Positions 1-12,624 of a DNA stretch of 64,000 bases are shown piece by piece. The first letter of the stretch is position 1, and the number at the start of each line of letters is the position of its first letter. Position numbers and translations under genes: made by a program. The stretch spans positions 5,518,001 to 5,582,000 of the forward strand of contig JAWMAR010000118.1 of assembly GCA_036785375.1 (NCBI GenBank), in the 5' to 3' direction. Source of the DNA: Leucoraja ocellata. Lineage: Eukaryota. The notes under the pieces are model-generated. The model saw only the letters and a program-made list of their open reading frames with translations, had not been told where the DNA came from and did not search any database.

Positions 1-20
1 AAGACCTGCTTCATATTAAT

Positions 21-189
21 AAGCTCCAATCGGGACTTTAAGACCTTGATTAGGAGAGTGCGAGCTTGGTCCCAGCTGGCTTTGCCTATAGGCTGTCACC
101 AGAGAACATTTGTGTTAATTGTGCCACTCTGTCAGGGAACTTTGATTTATTGCCAGGAGTGTGGACTCGAATAATGGTGCTGAGCGCAC
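21..189 (+). promoter_or_regulatory. ESRRG: Probable ESRRG transcription start region and 5'UTR of the long-isoform first exon
   Basis: Lies directly upstream of the ATG at 190. AAGCTCCAATCGGG...CTTGATTAGGAGAGTG...GAGAACATTTGTGTTAATT resembles my recollection of the human ESRRG mRNA 5' end (needs alignment). The start site itself cannot be seen in sequence. Confidence 0.55.
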
Positions 190-218
190 ATGGATTTTGT
201 AGAACTTTGTCTCCCTGA
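174..218 (+). promoter_or_regulatory. Out-of-frame uORF (MVLSAHGFCRTLSP*) overlapping the ESRRG start codon
   Basis: ATAATGG at 171-177 (A at -3, G at +4). 14 codons, TGA at 216-218, spanning the ATG at 190. Confidence 0.6.
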
Positions 219-245
219 ATCTTTTTCTCTCCGCTACAACGAAGA
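190..245 (+). CDS. ESRRG: ESRRG coding exon 1 (N-terminal extension of long isoform): MDFVELCLPESFSLRYNEE
   Basis: Manual translation matches the mammalian ERR-gamma N-terminus MDSVELCLPESFSLHYEEE. 56 nt, donor GA|gtaggt, phase 2, completes GAG with the first base of exon 2. Confidence 0.93.
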
Positions 246-309
246 GTAGGTACCCTTTTCTTTCCATTACGGGCTTTTTTTTTGTTTTACAGGGCTACTG
301 GGGATTTGT

Positions 310-575
310 TGTATATGTGTCTGTCCCTGTGTGTCTGTGCTGCCTGCTTGCATGTTTTGTGCCAGGATTATGTCCTACTCTTCTGTGTAACGGATGTTCT
401 CTGAATTATCTCCAGATTCCCAGAAGCAGTCTACTGTTACTGCATATTGTGCTGCTATTTGTAATGTAGCCAAAGATGTGAAAAAGCCATCGGAATGGAC
501 AAGGTCTCTGCTGTGTGTATGTGTCTGTGAGTGTGTCTGTGCCTGCGTGTATGTGTTTGTGTGAGTGAGAGAGAA
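310..575 (+). repeat. Degenerate (TG)n / GTCTGT low-complexity tracts at the start of intron 1
   Basis: gtatatgtgtctgtccctgtgtgtctgtg (311-340) and ctgtgtgtatgtgtctgtgagtgtgtctgt...gtgagtgagagaga (510-575). Confidence 0.7.
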
Positions 576-3500
576 ACAGATAATACCTTTTTTTTAAATG
601 ATGTTTTATTTTATTCTCAAAGCAAATTACTGTGAATGTCTTTTATAATGCACTTGATGTAGTTGCATCCAAATGAAATTTGTACAGCATAGCTTTTGTT
701 ACTGATTTTAAGCAGAGATTTTTTTTTAACAGGCAGCTTGCCGCAAACGAGGAAAGGGAGAATAAAATCTAGCTGACAACTTGTATCAAGTTCTCTCACT
801 TTTCATTGTACTATTTAAACGATTGTCCCTTTAAATGATCGCCCCTGTTCAAGGAGCAACAGGCAAGGGCTATGGGAAGAACGTCACAAACCTGTATGAA
901 AATACCTTCACATCTTGAAATGCTTCAAATAGAGTTTTCTCCCGCTGTTCGGCAGGTTTTGCATATTTGCACGGAGCTTTAAATATTGCAAGAGGTCAGA
1001 TGCTCCGTTTGAAAGATGCAAGATGTACTGTATGACAACCTTGTATTCAAAGGGAAGAGGCTATTTAGTATGTTCATTTGAATGCTTTTTGCTGCACCTC
1101 TTTTGTTGTCAGAGCCTCCAGTGATATAGTAATTAACCTGCAGTAAAAATAAAACCCATGCGACTCCTGATTTCATTCCCACACAAAAAGCTTTTTTTTT
1201 TAAATAAATTTATTCCCTGGCTTTGTGGTCGCTATAAATTACAAAGATTAGAATGCTACAAATGATATTTTAATTGGCGAGACTGTGGCAAAAAGCAATA
1301 TATTTTTGATCTGCTCGGAATGTGTATCTGTGCCTATGGTTAAGCTCTCTGGAGGAAATAGGCGATTACACTGGAGCAGTTTGTGCAGTATTATCTCTTT
1401 TACATTCACTCGCCTTGTATTAAATTGTCATTGTCCTAAACCAAGAAAGAAATGAATTGCAGCTTTCAATACTGCCAGACAGTGAAATATTTACCCTCTT
1501 GTGTCCCCAATCATACTTCACGCGTGTTTGATGGCGTGACTCTGACACCAACAATCTTGCCGGTTTGATGCTCACTTACAGCTTCTTCCTTTGCGTTCAC
1601 CTCCCCGGACTTTACGCCACAGTAAAAAAAAAAGTGACGCGTCAGATTCCCAACATTACTTTCTCTGCTTTGTTTCCTTTGAAGTGCCTGTTTGTTCTTC
1701 AAGGGGGACTCATCTCAGATGGAAGCAAAATATAAATTCATAAAACGCCACATTAAAGGGTGGTGGAGCGGCCGGATTCAGATCTTGCTGGACAAAATGG
1801 CCTTCTCTTAAATGACCACTGTAGGCGTGAGCCAGGCGCAGTTGTTCATTGCAGTGGCTGCTTTACTGTACCCATATGGAGCTATGTAATTGGCTTCAGA
1901 TTGTATTAGTCAGTAGAGCCTTACAGATCAGCACTGTCAGGTTTTAACATTAGTATGAATGACACCTGTCCAATCAATCATGTGGCCAGAGCTCTACAGA
2001 TGGAATGGGTCTTGCCTGCTTAAAAATGCTACTAAATCATGGCACATACTTGTCTTATTTCATATTGTTATCCTTTCTGGAAATCAAGAGAAAATATTCA
2101 CTCCACACTTATGGACAGCGCTCAGTCTTAAAGTGCGTGTATGGAGATGGGTGGGTGCTTTGTAGATAGCTGGCGTAATGGCAAGTGCTATAATTGGCTT
2201 TACTGTGTTAAACTAATCCCAGCAGGTTAGACAGATAAGAGATTTCAGAACAAGTATATGTCCAGTTTCACTTGAGGCCCAGAGCTGCGGCTGACCAATT
2301 GTCCAGTCTGCAAATTCTCAAGCAGATAAATTAAAGGGTAATTTTATACCCTCCTACTGCTCAGGGTTCGTCTTACTAGTTAGTCTTTTCTTCGGTTATG
2401 CTGCCTCTTCATGCATTATTCTTTGGCTCGGAAATTACCTTTCTCTATTTTAAATATTCTTGTGCAAGATTTTAAAACGATGATCAGAAATTCTGAAATT
2501 AGCAATAACATCCAGTTTTTAATGTCCATTTCAAAAATATAAGTAAAGCATGCGTTAAATGGCTAACCGAGTAAAGGCTTCTGAGTTAATTAATTGTGGC
2601 TGCATTTCTATTTGTAATACTTTTTTATATCACGATGTGGCCTCAGATAACATAGAAAATGTTTTTAACTGTTGTAATTGTTCTGTTCAGCTACTCGGTA
2701 GAACGATGAGGGCTTTGAAATGTTGATATATTTTGAATAGGCACGAGCAGTCATTACTGGAGGCAGCTTGTTACCCAGTGTGAATAAAATGCCAAGTTTT
2801 ACATCAGTGAAACTCAATGATTCATACTTTGGATTTCAAATCAAACAGCGGTAAGCCATGCTGTGGCATCTCAATGTTTAGATTTTTTCTCTCCTTGCGA
2901 CAGTGTTGGATAATTCAACCGAGGAGACCTTAGTAAAATGACTACCTTTTCCCGAAGTCGATTTAGTGCAGCTATTTCATTTTCATTCAGGCTGCTTTAG
3001 GCAAGCAAGCAATCTAGAGGGTTAGTTTTTTCAATTTGTTACAGTAAGAATATTGAAGAACACATTTTTAAGCACTGGATTTATTTTTATACACCCTCAA
3101 AAAAGTTTAAAAGTTATTTCAAACAGTTAAAGGCTATTTTATTTTTAAAGATTTTTTTGGTAAAGATTTTGCATGTAAACCCCTTATCAGTTAGAGTAAT
3201 TCAATAACGCCTCAGCTGGTTGCTGCTGCTGAACTCCAGGATAGTCCCTGGAGATTTTGTAATTAATATATGGACCTTTTTGTCAAGTTCTTTTTCTAAA
3301 TTCCTCAGCTCCTGCTTGGTTAGGAAGCCAGAATTAAATTTTATATTGAGCAAATGTAATCTTCGATTCTAGTCACATTAGACTAGTCTATGGCTATATT
3401 TTGTTAGCACGTTTTAAAGGAACAAGAACCACTTCAGCGATCTTTATTCTCTTTAATCAGCATCATAAATTGCAATTTAGTCCCTTCTATGTGCCTCAAA

Positions 3501-4340
3501 TTTGTCCTGACAGAATGATGCTGGTGTTCAAGAGCATGTCACCAAAACCCAATGCGCCGAGCACTGATAAAGGCAGACGCTAGTTAGCCCTGACAGAGTG
3601 CGGGAATGTTGCTATTCTGTGCCATAGGTTGCAACTTTCATCCTTGTGGATTACGGCAGGTCAACCCCTTATCTCTCTCCTTTTATTTTCCCCCCCCCCC
3701 CCCCCTCTTTTCCTTTGAGATTGAGGATAGTAAGTCAAACCAGGTGAGGTTGTTTGTGTGCATGATACTGGTCACTCCCTAAAACAAAACAGTTTGGTTA
3801 ATATCTAGTCATCAGCTGGTGTGCACAATGCAAAAAACAGGCTCATTCCAGAAAACTGTTGGCAACCCAAACAGACCAAACCAAAGCTTGAAGTCGTCTT
3901 CCGCTGGGTTGGGTTTATTTTCTAAACAAAGAACAGGGTGCCGTCGAGAGCTCTGCACCCTTCCAGTTAATGAACACATAGTCCAAAAATTCTTCTTCTT
4001 TTTTTTGTTTCTGAATTGTTGTTTGAATCTTTCAAGTTTTCCACAGTGGTAAAGTTGTATTACCAAACCAAAGTGGACTTGAATTTATGAATTTGGTTGC
4101 CTGTATATGTTTTTTAAGGTGCTCTTTGTTCATTTGGATTGTAGACGTCGTTCCCATTGCGAAGCCATACTATAGCTTACGTGTCAGGTGACTTTAAAAA
4201 CCAAATGTTATAACAGAGGGCTGAATACCATGTGCATTGCAGTCCCAAATGGACATGAGCCTGGATTTTTGTAATGCCAAGATGGGACGTTGGAAGATTT
4301 AGCTCCTTTAAACCATTTCATATTGAATTATGTAATTGAA

Positions 4341-4700
4341 GCATACAGCATAGAGACAGCCCCTTCAGTTTGTCCAAGTTGACCCAGTTGATGAGCCAAA
4401 CTAGTCACACTTGCTTGGGCCTGCCTCATATCCCTCCAATCCTTTCCTATCTATGTACTGCCCTGAGTATCTTTTAAATGCCATAATTGTAGCTGCCTCT
4501 ACCACTTCCTCTGGCAGCTCATTCCACGTACGGACCACAATCCATGTGAAAAGTTTGCCCCTAGGGTTCTTTTCAAATAGTTCCCCTCTCACCTCAAACA
4601 TATGCCCTCAAGTTTTTTGACTCCCTTACCCTGGGAGAAAAAGCTGTGGCTGTTCACCTCATCTATACTCTTCATAATGTTATAAACCTCTACAAGATCA
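4341..4700 (-). mobile_element. CR1-type LINE 3' fragment
   Basis: Minus-strand peptide FTWIVVRTWNELPEEVVEAATIMAFKR...DRKGLEGY is the typical CR1 ORF2 C-terminus, followed by a 3' tail. Confidence 0.85.
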
Positions 4701-7700
4701 TCGCACGGCACTTTTTTAAATATTGGGAACAAGTGGATGCTTTGGTTGACTCCCTCACCAGTACAACACTCGGAGAACAGCCTCCATTCAACCCAGCATG
4801 CAAAATGCAATTTGCAGCCTACAGTATAACTTTAGCCTAACCAGCTGTACTTCATATTTCACAGTCACTGATCTAAGACTGACAATTAAATACAACTTTT
4901 GAGAGAAAAAACTAAGGGAACCAGAGCACATCTATTTAAATTTGGAGGACAAAGTTATTTTTAAACAACGCTTCGAGATTCATAATAAGGAAGGGAATTA
5001 GATTACTATTGATGGGTGACTTACACCGTCTAAGACTTCACATTCTGTAGAGATATGTGAGAAAACAGAGGTACCAATTCAAGCATGTGCATATGAGTTT
5101 ACTAAGGTGCAGCTAAATCTCAGTTTTGAGAAGTTGTGCCCATTTACAGGTGTTCACTGCCTCCATGTGTCTCTGCTCCCATCTTTCCCCCAGTAACTAG
5201 ACCTTAAATCATTTTAGCCGGTGTTTAAATTTAAAGCCTATTTATTAAGGTTAGCTATCATTCTATTCCTGGAGATAATCATATTTTGTTACTCAGCCAT
5301 CCCTTGACAAAATAGGACAGTATTGTAGGTCTTTTGTGAACACACGGTTTTCAAGACAAGGTGGACGATTCCATAAATAAGCTGCGGAATTTCAGATGAA
5401 AATTGGTTTCTGCTGGATTGATGCTAATATACCTGGAAGGAAGCTAGTTCGTGCTGAAGCATCCAGCGTCAGACAGGGCTGTGTGCCATCTGTCCCACCT
5501 GCTGCATAGTTAGTCCATCTGGTTATTCTGAATGTGCTTTGTGGGTTTTACCGGAGCAGCTTCAGTGCCAATAGGCAAGCAAGCAGAGTAAATTATTTAA
5601 GCAGCCAATGTAAACTGAAAGCTCTCACCCTGGATGCTGGGGATTGTGTTAAATGCTTGAAAGCTTCTATTTGCATATAGATTTAGATACTGTATATAGA
5701 TCATAGAGGAGATAGCAACCAAATTATCTTTATCTAGATTGTTACAGGACATTTTTTCTTGTCTGTGCCAGGCAAGAATATGAATATTTCTGGAATGTTT
5801 TTGTTTGTGGTTTGCGAGGAAGATGAAGGTAAAATATTTGCAGGGTTGTAGCCCCTTTAGTAGAGCACTAAGCATTAGCAAATATGCTTGAACCTCTTTA
5901 GAACATCAAGACTACATTTTATTATTCCCTGTCATCAACTTACTTGCTAAGCAGTCTTTGCAAATCTGATATGGGATTTCAAATGAAAAAAACACAAATG
6001 GAAAACATAGAACTAAAAGAGGGGAATAAATCAAACAAGGATTTTAAAGACAGCAGATCTATCTAGCCCATTTGTTTGTTTTCCAGGTAGTGCGCAGAAA
6101 ACTGCAAAGCAGAGTATTTGAAACACTTTAATTTTTTATTATTGGTTAAAAGATCTATTTTGAATTTCACCAAAAAACAGCTGTGTTTCCCATCAATTTG
6201 AATGGATATTTATTGTTGAAAGCTAACCAGGTAAAGGCATGGCGGCCATTTAGTTTTATCAATTATAATATCAGCCACATAAAATAACACTACCTCTGAA
6301 TACTTTAACAAAAACTACTTTTGATATTTTTATTACTTTGCAGGACGGAGGAAGATAGAAACTTTACCTTTTAAGAGATAAGGATGTCAAAGTTCTTGTC
6401 CTGACTCACTTACAAAATAATTTCAAACCAAGAGAGTGCATGTAAAATTACATTTCTGCATAACTTTTACTAAACTTCCATGGATTTTTAAAGACACATT
6501 GAATTGTCAGCAGTATCAGTCTTGTAATGGGATCCAAGAATGCAAACTGTCCGATCTCTGAGACTTGCTTATTTTGGACCTGAAATTTGTAGAGCGAATC
6601 ACCAATAAGTTTAATATTTCTGATATAGGTAGAGTTGATGCTTCAACTGACCCCTCAAAAGGAGAAACTGATAATCCCTTGAGAAAGCACCAACCGTTTG
6701 TTCTTGAATGTTGTTTCTCAGAGGTTGGTTACCCCGTTGAGGAAAATTAAAAACTGCTTTAGGATGACTAAAAACTGCCCAAGCTAATATGAGGCTGCCA
6801 CAATTCAGGGGTAGATTGTGAATTCAGAGATCTCTTTATTTTTGATACTAGTAGAGAGCATAATGTCGATACTCCGCTTCAAGCCAAATTAAAATATGTT
6901 GTGCCACTGTAATGGAACCTTACACACCACTAGAGGCTGCTAGCTCATTTTTGTGTCACTAACTAGTAATGACTTAATTGGAACACCCATCACGGCTTGT
7001 TGGTCAAGTTTGCTGGGCTGAGATGCCCAGTGGGTCACATGTCCATAGGATCTGGCTTCATTCAGCACCATGCTCAAGTTGCCATTCTTCATTCAGAAGC
7101 CTAAGTGTGGTGGGCTAATTAACCACGAGAGGCGACACACTCATCCAAATCTGGACCTTACTAACACCACAATTGTTCCAGTTCCTCAGTTGCATCCACA
7201 TCAACATTTTGCCTCTTAGCCTTAAATAACCAAGACCAATTGCCTTGTCGCAGATACTGTTCTGGTAGAAAACAGAACTAGTAAAGCACTTCACAATGAA
7301 TGCAAGTAGTTTAGGAGATTATAATTCAAGCATTAACTGAAAAATAAAACGTGAAATGCTATAAAACGATGTATGCAGATTTTCTAAGGTTCAACAAAAC
7401 ATCTGAATGGATTCATGAATATTCATAAAAATGGGGAACAATGCTTGTACAATAATTCTCCGTGTAAGCTGATCAAAGGGGAGAAATGTTAGTTTAAGTG
7501 CTCGGTTCAACGAGAACAATCTGCCATATCGTTATCGTTAAAACCAATTTGACCGTATTGTTATTTTACGGTTGTAACAATTGGCACGCAGTGTAGTTTG
7601 GGAGTGTAGCGCACACTCTATCAACGGATTGAACAATCTAATACACAGATGAACCATTAACATCTGCAAGAGAAAACATAGATTCATACTCGTGCAAAGA

Positions 7701-8680
7701 GACTTCATCCTCCACATGAACCTTGCCCTTTGCGATACTGCCAAGGCTGCTGTTTGCTTGCAGGTACTTTCATAATTTTTACTGTATTTTCTGTATTAAT
7801 TTTTTTAATATTTAGGACCAACAGTTGTGCCAATCTTGCCAGGGAAGAGAGTATCTTAGCCCTCGGCTCATGGAAATGGAGTCTCTTTAAATTAACTCCT
7901 TTTTGTATGCACATTAGTTCAGAATATCAATTAGTTGTCATGATATGGAAATAAAATCAGCTCGTCTTCAATGAAGGGTTATGGTGCCTTATTGCCATGC
8001 AGACCAGCTGTTAAAGAAGCAGTCCTTGATTGGCTTCTCCCTTAGGTTTGTTCCCGTCAAACCTATTAAGATCAATTCAGTTGAAAAGTCCTGCTGTGGT
8101 CAGTACAGTGTTGTGCATATTTTAGTGACACAAGGTAATATCTACATCACCCATGATCTACTATAATTCACTATATATTCAGCAATCTATCCTACTCGCA
8201 TCTGAAGGCATTCTTCAATTCTGAAGTGGGTTAATATCGCCTCTGGTCAGCAGAAAAGTCCATCTGTTTTATAAAAAAAAAGGAAGATATTCGGCCTAGC
8301 TGATAGATGGGTTAAATCAACTGATTTAACTGATTTCCCACCAGAGGTGATATTTTATTTATGATAAAATGCTTGGAAAGTGATTAATTTGTCAAGGGAA
8401 TGTCTTGTTACTGTAAATTTACTGAAACTGTAATAAGTGTATTGCTGCTACCCAGATGGTGGAACAAAGAGGCAGTTACTAATGAAGAGACAGAGATTCA
8501 CTAAATGTTCTAACACAAGTTCATTTTTCAGAAAGCATTTTGCTTTACCAGATAAATATAGAATTGTGAATTAGCATTTATAACAGGTCCATGAAGTGCA
8601 GCCGTGGCTGCTTGTTTTCTTAGCTTGAGCAAGTTCATTCTGCTGTCATTTCTCAAGGTTTCATCTGGCCTCATAAATGG

Positions 8681-8935
8681 GTAGCACAGTGGCACAGGTA
8701 CCAGAACCCAGCTGCCTCCCAGCTCCAGCAGCCCAGCTTCAGTCCCGACCTCTGTGGCTGTCTGTGTGGAGTTTGCACATCCTTTGCGGGCCTACATGGG
8801 CTGACCCTGGTTTTTCTCCCACATCTCAGAGATGTACAGGTTGATAGGTTAATTGGCCAGTGTAAATTGCCAGCAGGGATTGGAGGACAGCTCTATGATC
8901 CAACATGGACTCAGCAGACTAAAATGGTTTACTTT
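8681..8935 (+). mobile_element. tRNA-derived SINE (V-SINE-like), old copy
   Basis: GCACAGTGGCACAG head, GTCTGTGTGGAGTTTGCAC core, GGTTAATTGGC...TAAATTGCC body. Confidence 0.75.
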
Positions 8936-9547
8936 TATACCCTATAGAAATATGGAAGTGAAGAATTGTGCCTGTATAATTGCTTCTAACCCGTTGCTTT
9001 GAATAACTCGTATGCAGTCAGTGGCAGGGGAGGGAGCAGACCACGAGGTTATATGTAGACTGCGCAGTAAATATATAAACATTTTGACATTTTTTTTTTT
9101 TTAAACTGTCTGCCGTGGAGGGAGTGTACATTTATTTTGTTTGGACTGCAGGTCCTCCCCAGACAGGTTACGAGAGGTTTCCGTTCCTGAAAACGGTTTG
9201 TGACTCAAGGAATTTATATGTTGCATATGTGGCTTCCCAGCAATATATATTTAAATAGAAACAAATGCCAAACAAGGGTTAAACCAGGGCGTTTAACTCA
9301 GCTATTCAGATATTGCTGCAAACTGAGTTCTCACACAGCAGATGATGCTTGCAGCCCTGCAGTACCCGGCAGATCCATGCTGTCGGTCTGTCAAACACTC
9401 GATCGCATCTATGAGCTGTACATAAGTCCAGCGTCCGTTACCTGGTGAGAATTTGTACATTATTCTAGGGTTTCTCATTCCACCAATTGTACATTTTTAA
9501 GTGAGTGTAAAGTAACAATTGGAATTGTTGATAAGGAGAAAGAAAGA

Positions 9548-9665
9548 AAAATGCCTTCCGTCCTCGAGACCAAAGCAGTTCACAACTCGGATGTTTTAAG
9601 CACAACCACTGTGTAATATAGTCAAACAGATCAAGCAACTTGCATATAACAGGTCCCTACATGGG
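9548..9665 (-). mobile_element. Possible degraded DeuSINE/SacSINE1-type 3' tail
   Basis: CCAAAGCAGTTCACAAC...CACTGTGTAATATAG...CAACTTGCATATAACAGGTCCCTACA resembles the recalled reverse tail of shark DeuSINEs. Similarity is weak. Confidence 0.35.
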
Positions 9666-10756
9666 GTGTCACCTCTTGGTGAGCTGATGCTGTGAGAAAG
9701 ATTTGTAAGCTTCAGTTCATACATTTTTTACCCCAAACTTTTATATGTTAAAGGCATTTTATTTTTTAAATAACTGACTGCTGAACCATTCCAGGTTACC
9801 CACCAGGCTTCCACTTCCCAATTTTTCATGGCCAACTGCATTCCGTTTTCTTCCTGCTTTTTTTCCCATCTTCATGTTAACATGTTCTGTTGAATAAGAC
9901 TCAACAACCAACATGTGCTGTAGTTCTACCAAATCACAGACAACCACAGGGACAAACAGAATCGAAATAATCGAGGTACCCGCACAAAGAAAATTAAAAG
10001 AGTAATTTTTTACCAAAATGTGTAAAGGACTTTTGTGCTTGAGGATGAAAAGACCATATAACTATGAATTTGTGATCGTATTTTAAATATGCTGCAATCT
10101 AATATTAATCTATTAAACTCAACATGAAAAATTTAGTTAGGATCTTAAAAAATGGAATGCAATTACAGGAGTCATATTTCGCACAGTTAAATTAATGTGT
10201 ATTAAAATAAAAAATGTAAATAGCTGATAAGTTGACTGCATTTTTATACACCTTACAATCAATAAGATTAAAAAGATTGCATTATATTGGCACAATTTTA
10301 AAGTATGATCTATTTAAAATTTATAGTTAAAATAATACTGTAAATATGGGGAAAAATAAAAAATCAGCTAGCAATAATAGTGATTAAAAAGAAGTGTATT
10401 ACAATAAAAGCTCACAGTAAGGAATACCCATTGCTGCACTTGATTAACAGTAAAAAGTGTATATTTTGTAACGTGCTCATTGTTGCCTGATTTCCATTGT
10501 TTATACAACCCACAGTTTAATCAGAAATTTAGATTGACTAATTGCTCTTCCAACCTCCCGTAAGTTCTTGCTGTTGACCATCATTGAGTCTTAAAAATAT
10601 ATGTTTGATTTTTGGACAACTGTTCCCCAATTACAATCACTTTTTAAAAAAAAGCTTGAGGAACTTTAGCACAGTCGGGCAACATGAACAAATAGTTTCC
10701 TTGGGATACAAGATGGGAATCAGTTTGGTTGATGCAGTAATATAAGGCTCTACAGA

Positions 10757-11069
10757 GCGGCACAGTGACACAGCGGTAGAGTTACTGCTTTACAGTGCTT
10801 GCAGCGGCAGAGATCCGGGTTCAATCTTGACTAAAGGTGCTGTCTGTACTGAGTTTGTACGTTCTCCCAGTGACTGCTCCGAGATCTTCAGTTTCCTCCC
10901 ACACTCCAAAGACGTACAGGTTTGCAGGTTAATATGGCTTTGTATAAATTTAAATTGTCCCTAGTATGTGTAGGATAGTGTTAATGTGCGGGGATCGCTG
11001 GTCGGTGCGGACTCGGTGGGCCAAAGGGCCTGTTTCTGCGCTGTATCTGTAAAACAAATAAAAACTAAA
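10757..11069 (+). mobile_element. tRNA-derived SINE (V-SINE-like) with CR1-type tail, near full length
   Basis: A-box-like GCGGCACAGTGACACAGCGGTAG, B-box-like GGGTTCAATC, GAGTTTGTACGTTCTCCC core, tail GGGCCAAAGGGCCTGTTTCTGCGCTGTATCT plus an A-rich end. Confidence 0.85.
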
Positions 11070-12431
11070 TGTCTGCTCATGGTGACTGAACCCAATGTAG
11101 TCTCTTTCTCCCTTTCATCAGATGGTCAATCTGTAGCACGCACTGTGTTGGAAGGAAACACAAGAACGTTTATGAAATTGTTGGAGACTAACTCCATGGG
11201 TCATGCTTGTACTGGAATCTTGTATTAATATGGAACATATTTCTTCTTACATACAGACATTTTTAGAAGTGGCAGAGGTAGAATCCAACAGCCCATGAAA
11301 TGGCTGCAGAGTTAGAGATGTATGATTAACCCTTGCCTGTTCAGTGGAAGGCAGCCAGCACGCCAGCTTTTTTGCCGCTTGCTCATTTCTGTGATTTCTC
11401 CCTCCAGCTAGTGCCAGTCGTGCTGTTCATTTGCTATTCCTTCAGCGGAGCCCAAACCTGCGAGTGGCTAACACCAATTAAAGCCGGCCTGCACTGCTTA
11501 CAGGCAGCACCGGAGAAATGGGACGGACGGGTGTGGGTGGGCATTCCACAATCAATCCGACTTAGGACACCCAGGAGAAAATGGACCAATTTTCAGATTT
11601 AGTAAGCAAAGGCTTTGATGGAGAAGATAGGAAGCAAGAGAAATGTTTTGAACTCATAGTTGAGCCAGGAGAGCAACCAGGTCCACATCAGAAGGTAAGG
11701 GAACAAATAACCCTGAGGTCAATGCTGGAATCCTCTGTGAGGAATCTGGAAAACGTGTGATTAAAAAGCTCAGTGAACACGCTAATTGTGAAGGTCAGGA
11801 AACACATCTTTAGTGGTATATCTGTCTTAGGTTCAGATATTTAACAATTTACTGTAACTCCTCTACAATCAGGACTGAAAGCTAACATACATAGGCTCAA
11901 ATACTTAGCGCCACTGAAAGCCTCGTATGCACAAGTCATTCATAATGGCAGCATTTTAATCAGCATATTGCACCACACGTGCTGATACACAACCCTCTCT
12001 CTTGCGGGTAAAGATGGCGGACACCCAGATACAGCAGATTTTGCATATTCCCCCAGGCATTAGATAGTGATCACCATCATGAGATGTTCATACCTGTGAC
12101 CACAGGAGGACTGAAGCCACCATTGGTGCTGATGTTCTCATTCTCACCATCCAACCCCTGCCTCAACATTCCTTTCTGATTTATAAGCTGCAAACCTCTT
12201 ACATTCTCTCGCTTCTCGCTCCACTACCTTGTCCCTGGGCTTTTTTAGATTTCAGATACCCAAGGTGAGGCCGAGTGTAAAAGTGCAGTGTTGTTGGTGA
12301 TACACTATCACAACGTTTCACACTCACAGCCTCCAGCTCTCAAACTGTGTAGCTTAGAGTTGGACTCAGCACACGTGGCTTGAAGTCGGGCCAGGAGAGT
12401 AGGTAGCACTGGGGAACATAATGCATTGGAA

Positions 12432-12608
12432 TGTAGAAACAAAGACCTGCAGATGATGGTTTATACCAAGGATAGACACAAACTGCTGGAGTAATGCAGC
12501 ATTTATGGAGAAAAAGGGTCGGTGATGTCCCGATCCGAAACGTCATCTATCCTTTTTCGCAGGAGAGGCTGCCTGACCCGCTGCGTTACTCCAACAGTTT
12601 GAGTCTAC
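12432..12608. mobile_element. Penelope-like inverted (fold-back) terminal fragment with 12-bp target-site duplication
   Basis: Flanked by AATGCATTGGAA at 12420-12431 and 12609-12620. The two arms are reverse complements (ACACAAACTGCTGGAGTAA / TTACTCCAACAGTTTGAGT). Contains CGAAACGTC. Confidence 0.75.
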
Positions 12609-12624
12609 AATGCATTGGAAGATA

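Noticed and set aside
3690-3750. Possible cassette micro-exon (pyrimidine tract, AG, CAG|gtgagg)
   Set aside because: Splice-like motifs only, common by chance, with no coding or transcript support.
10757-10835. tRNA gene
   Set aside because: SINE head continuing into SINE body and tail, with no intact cloverleaf.
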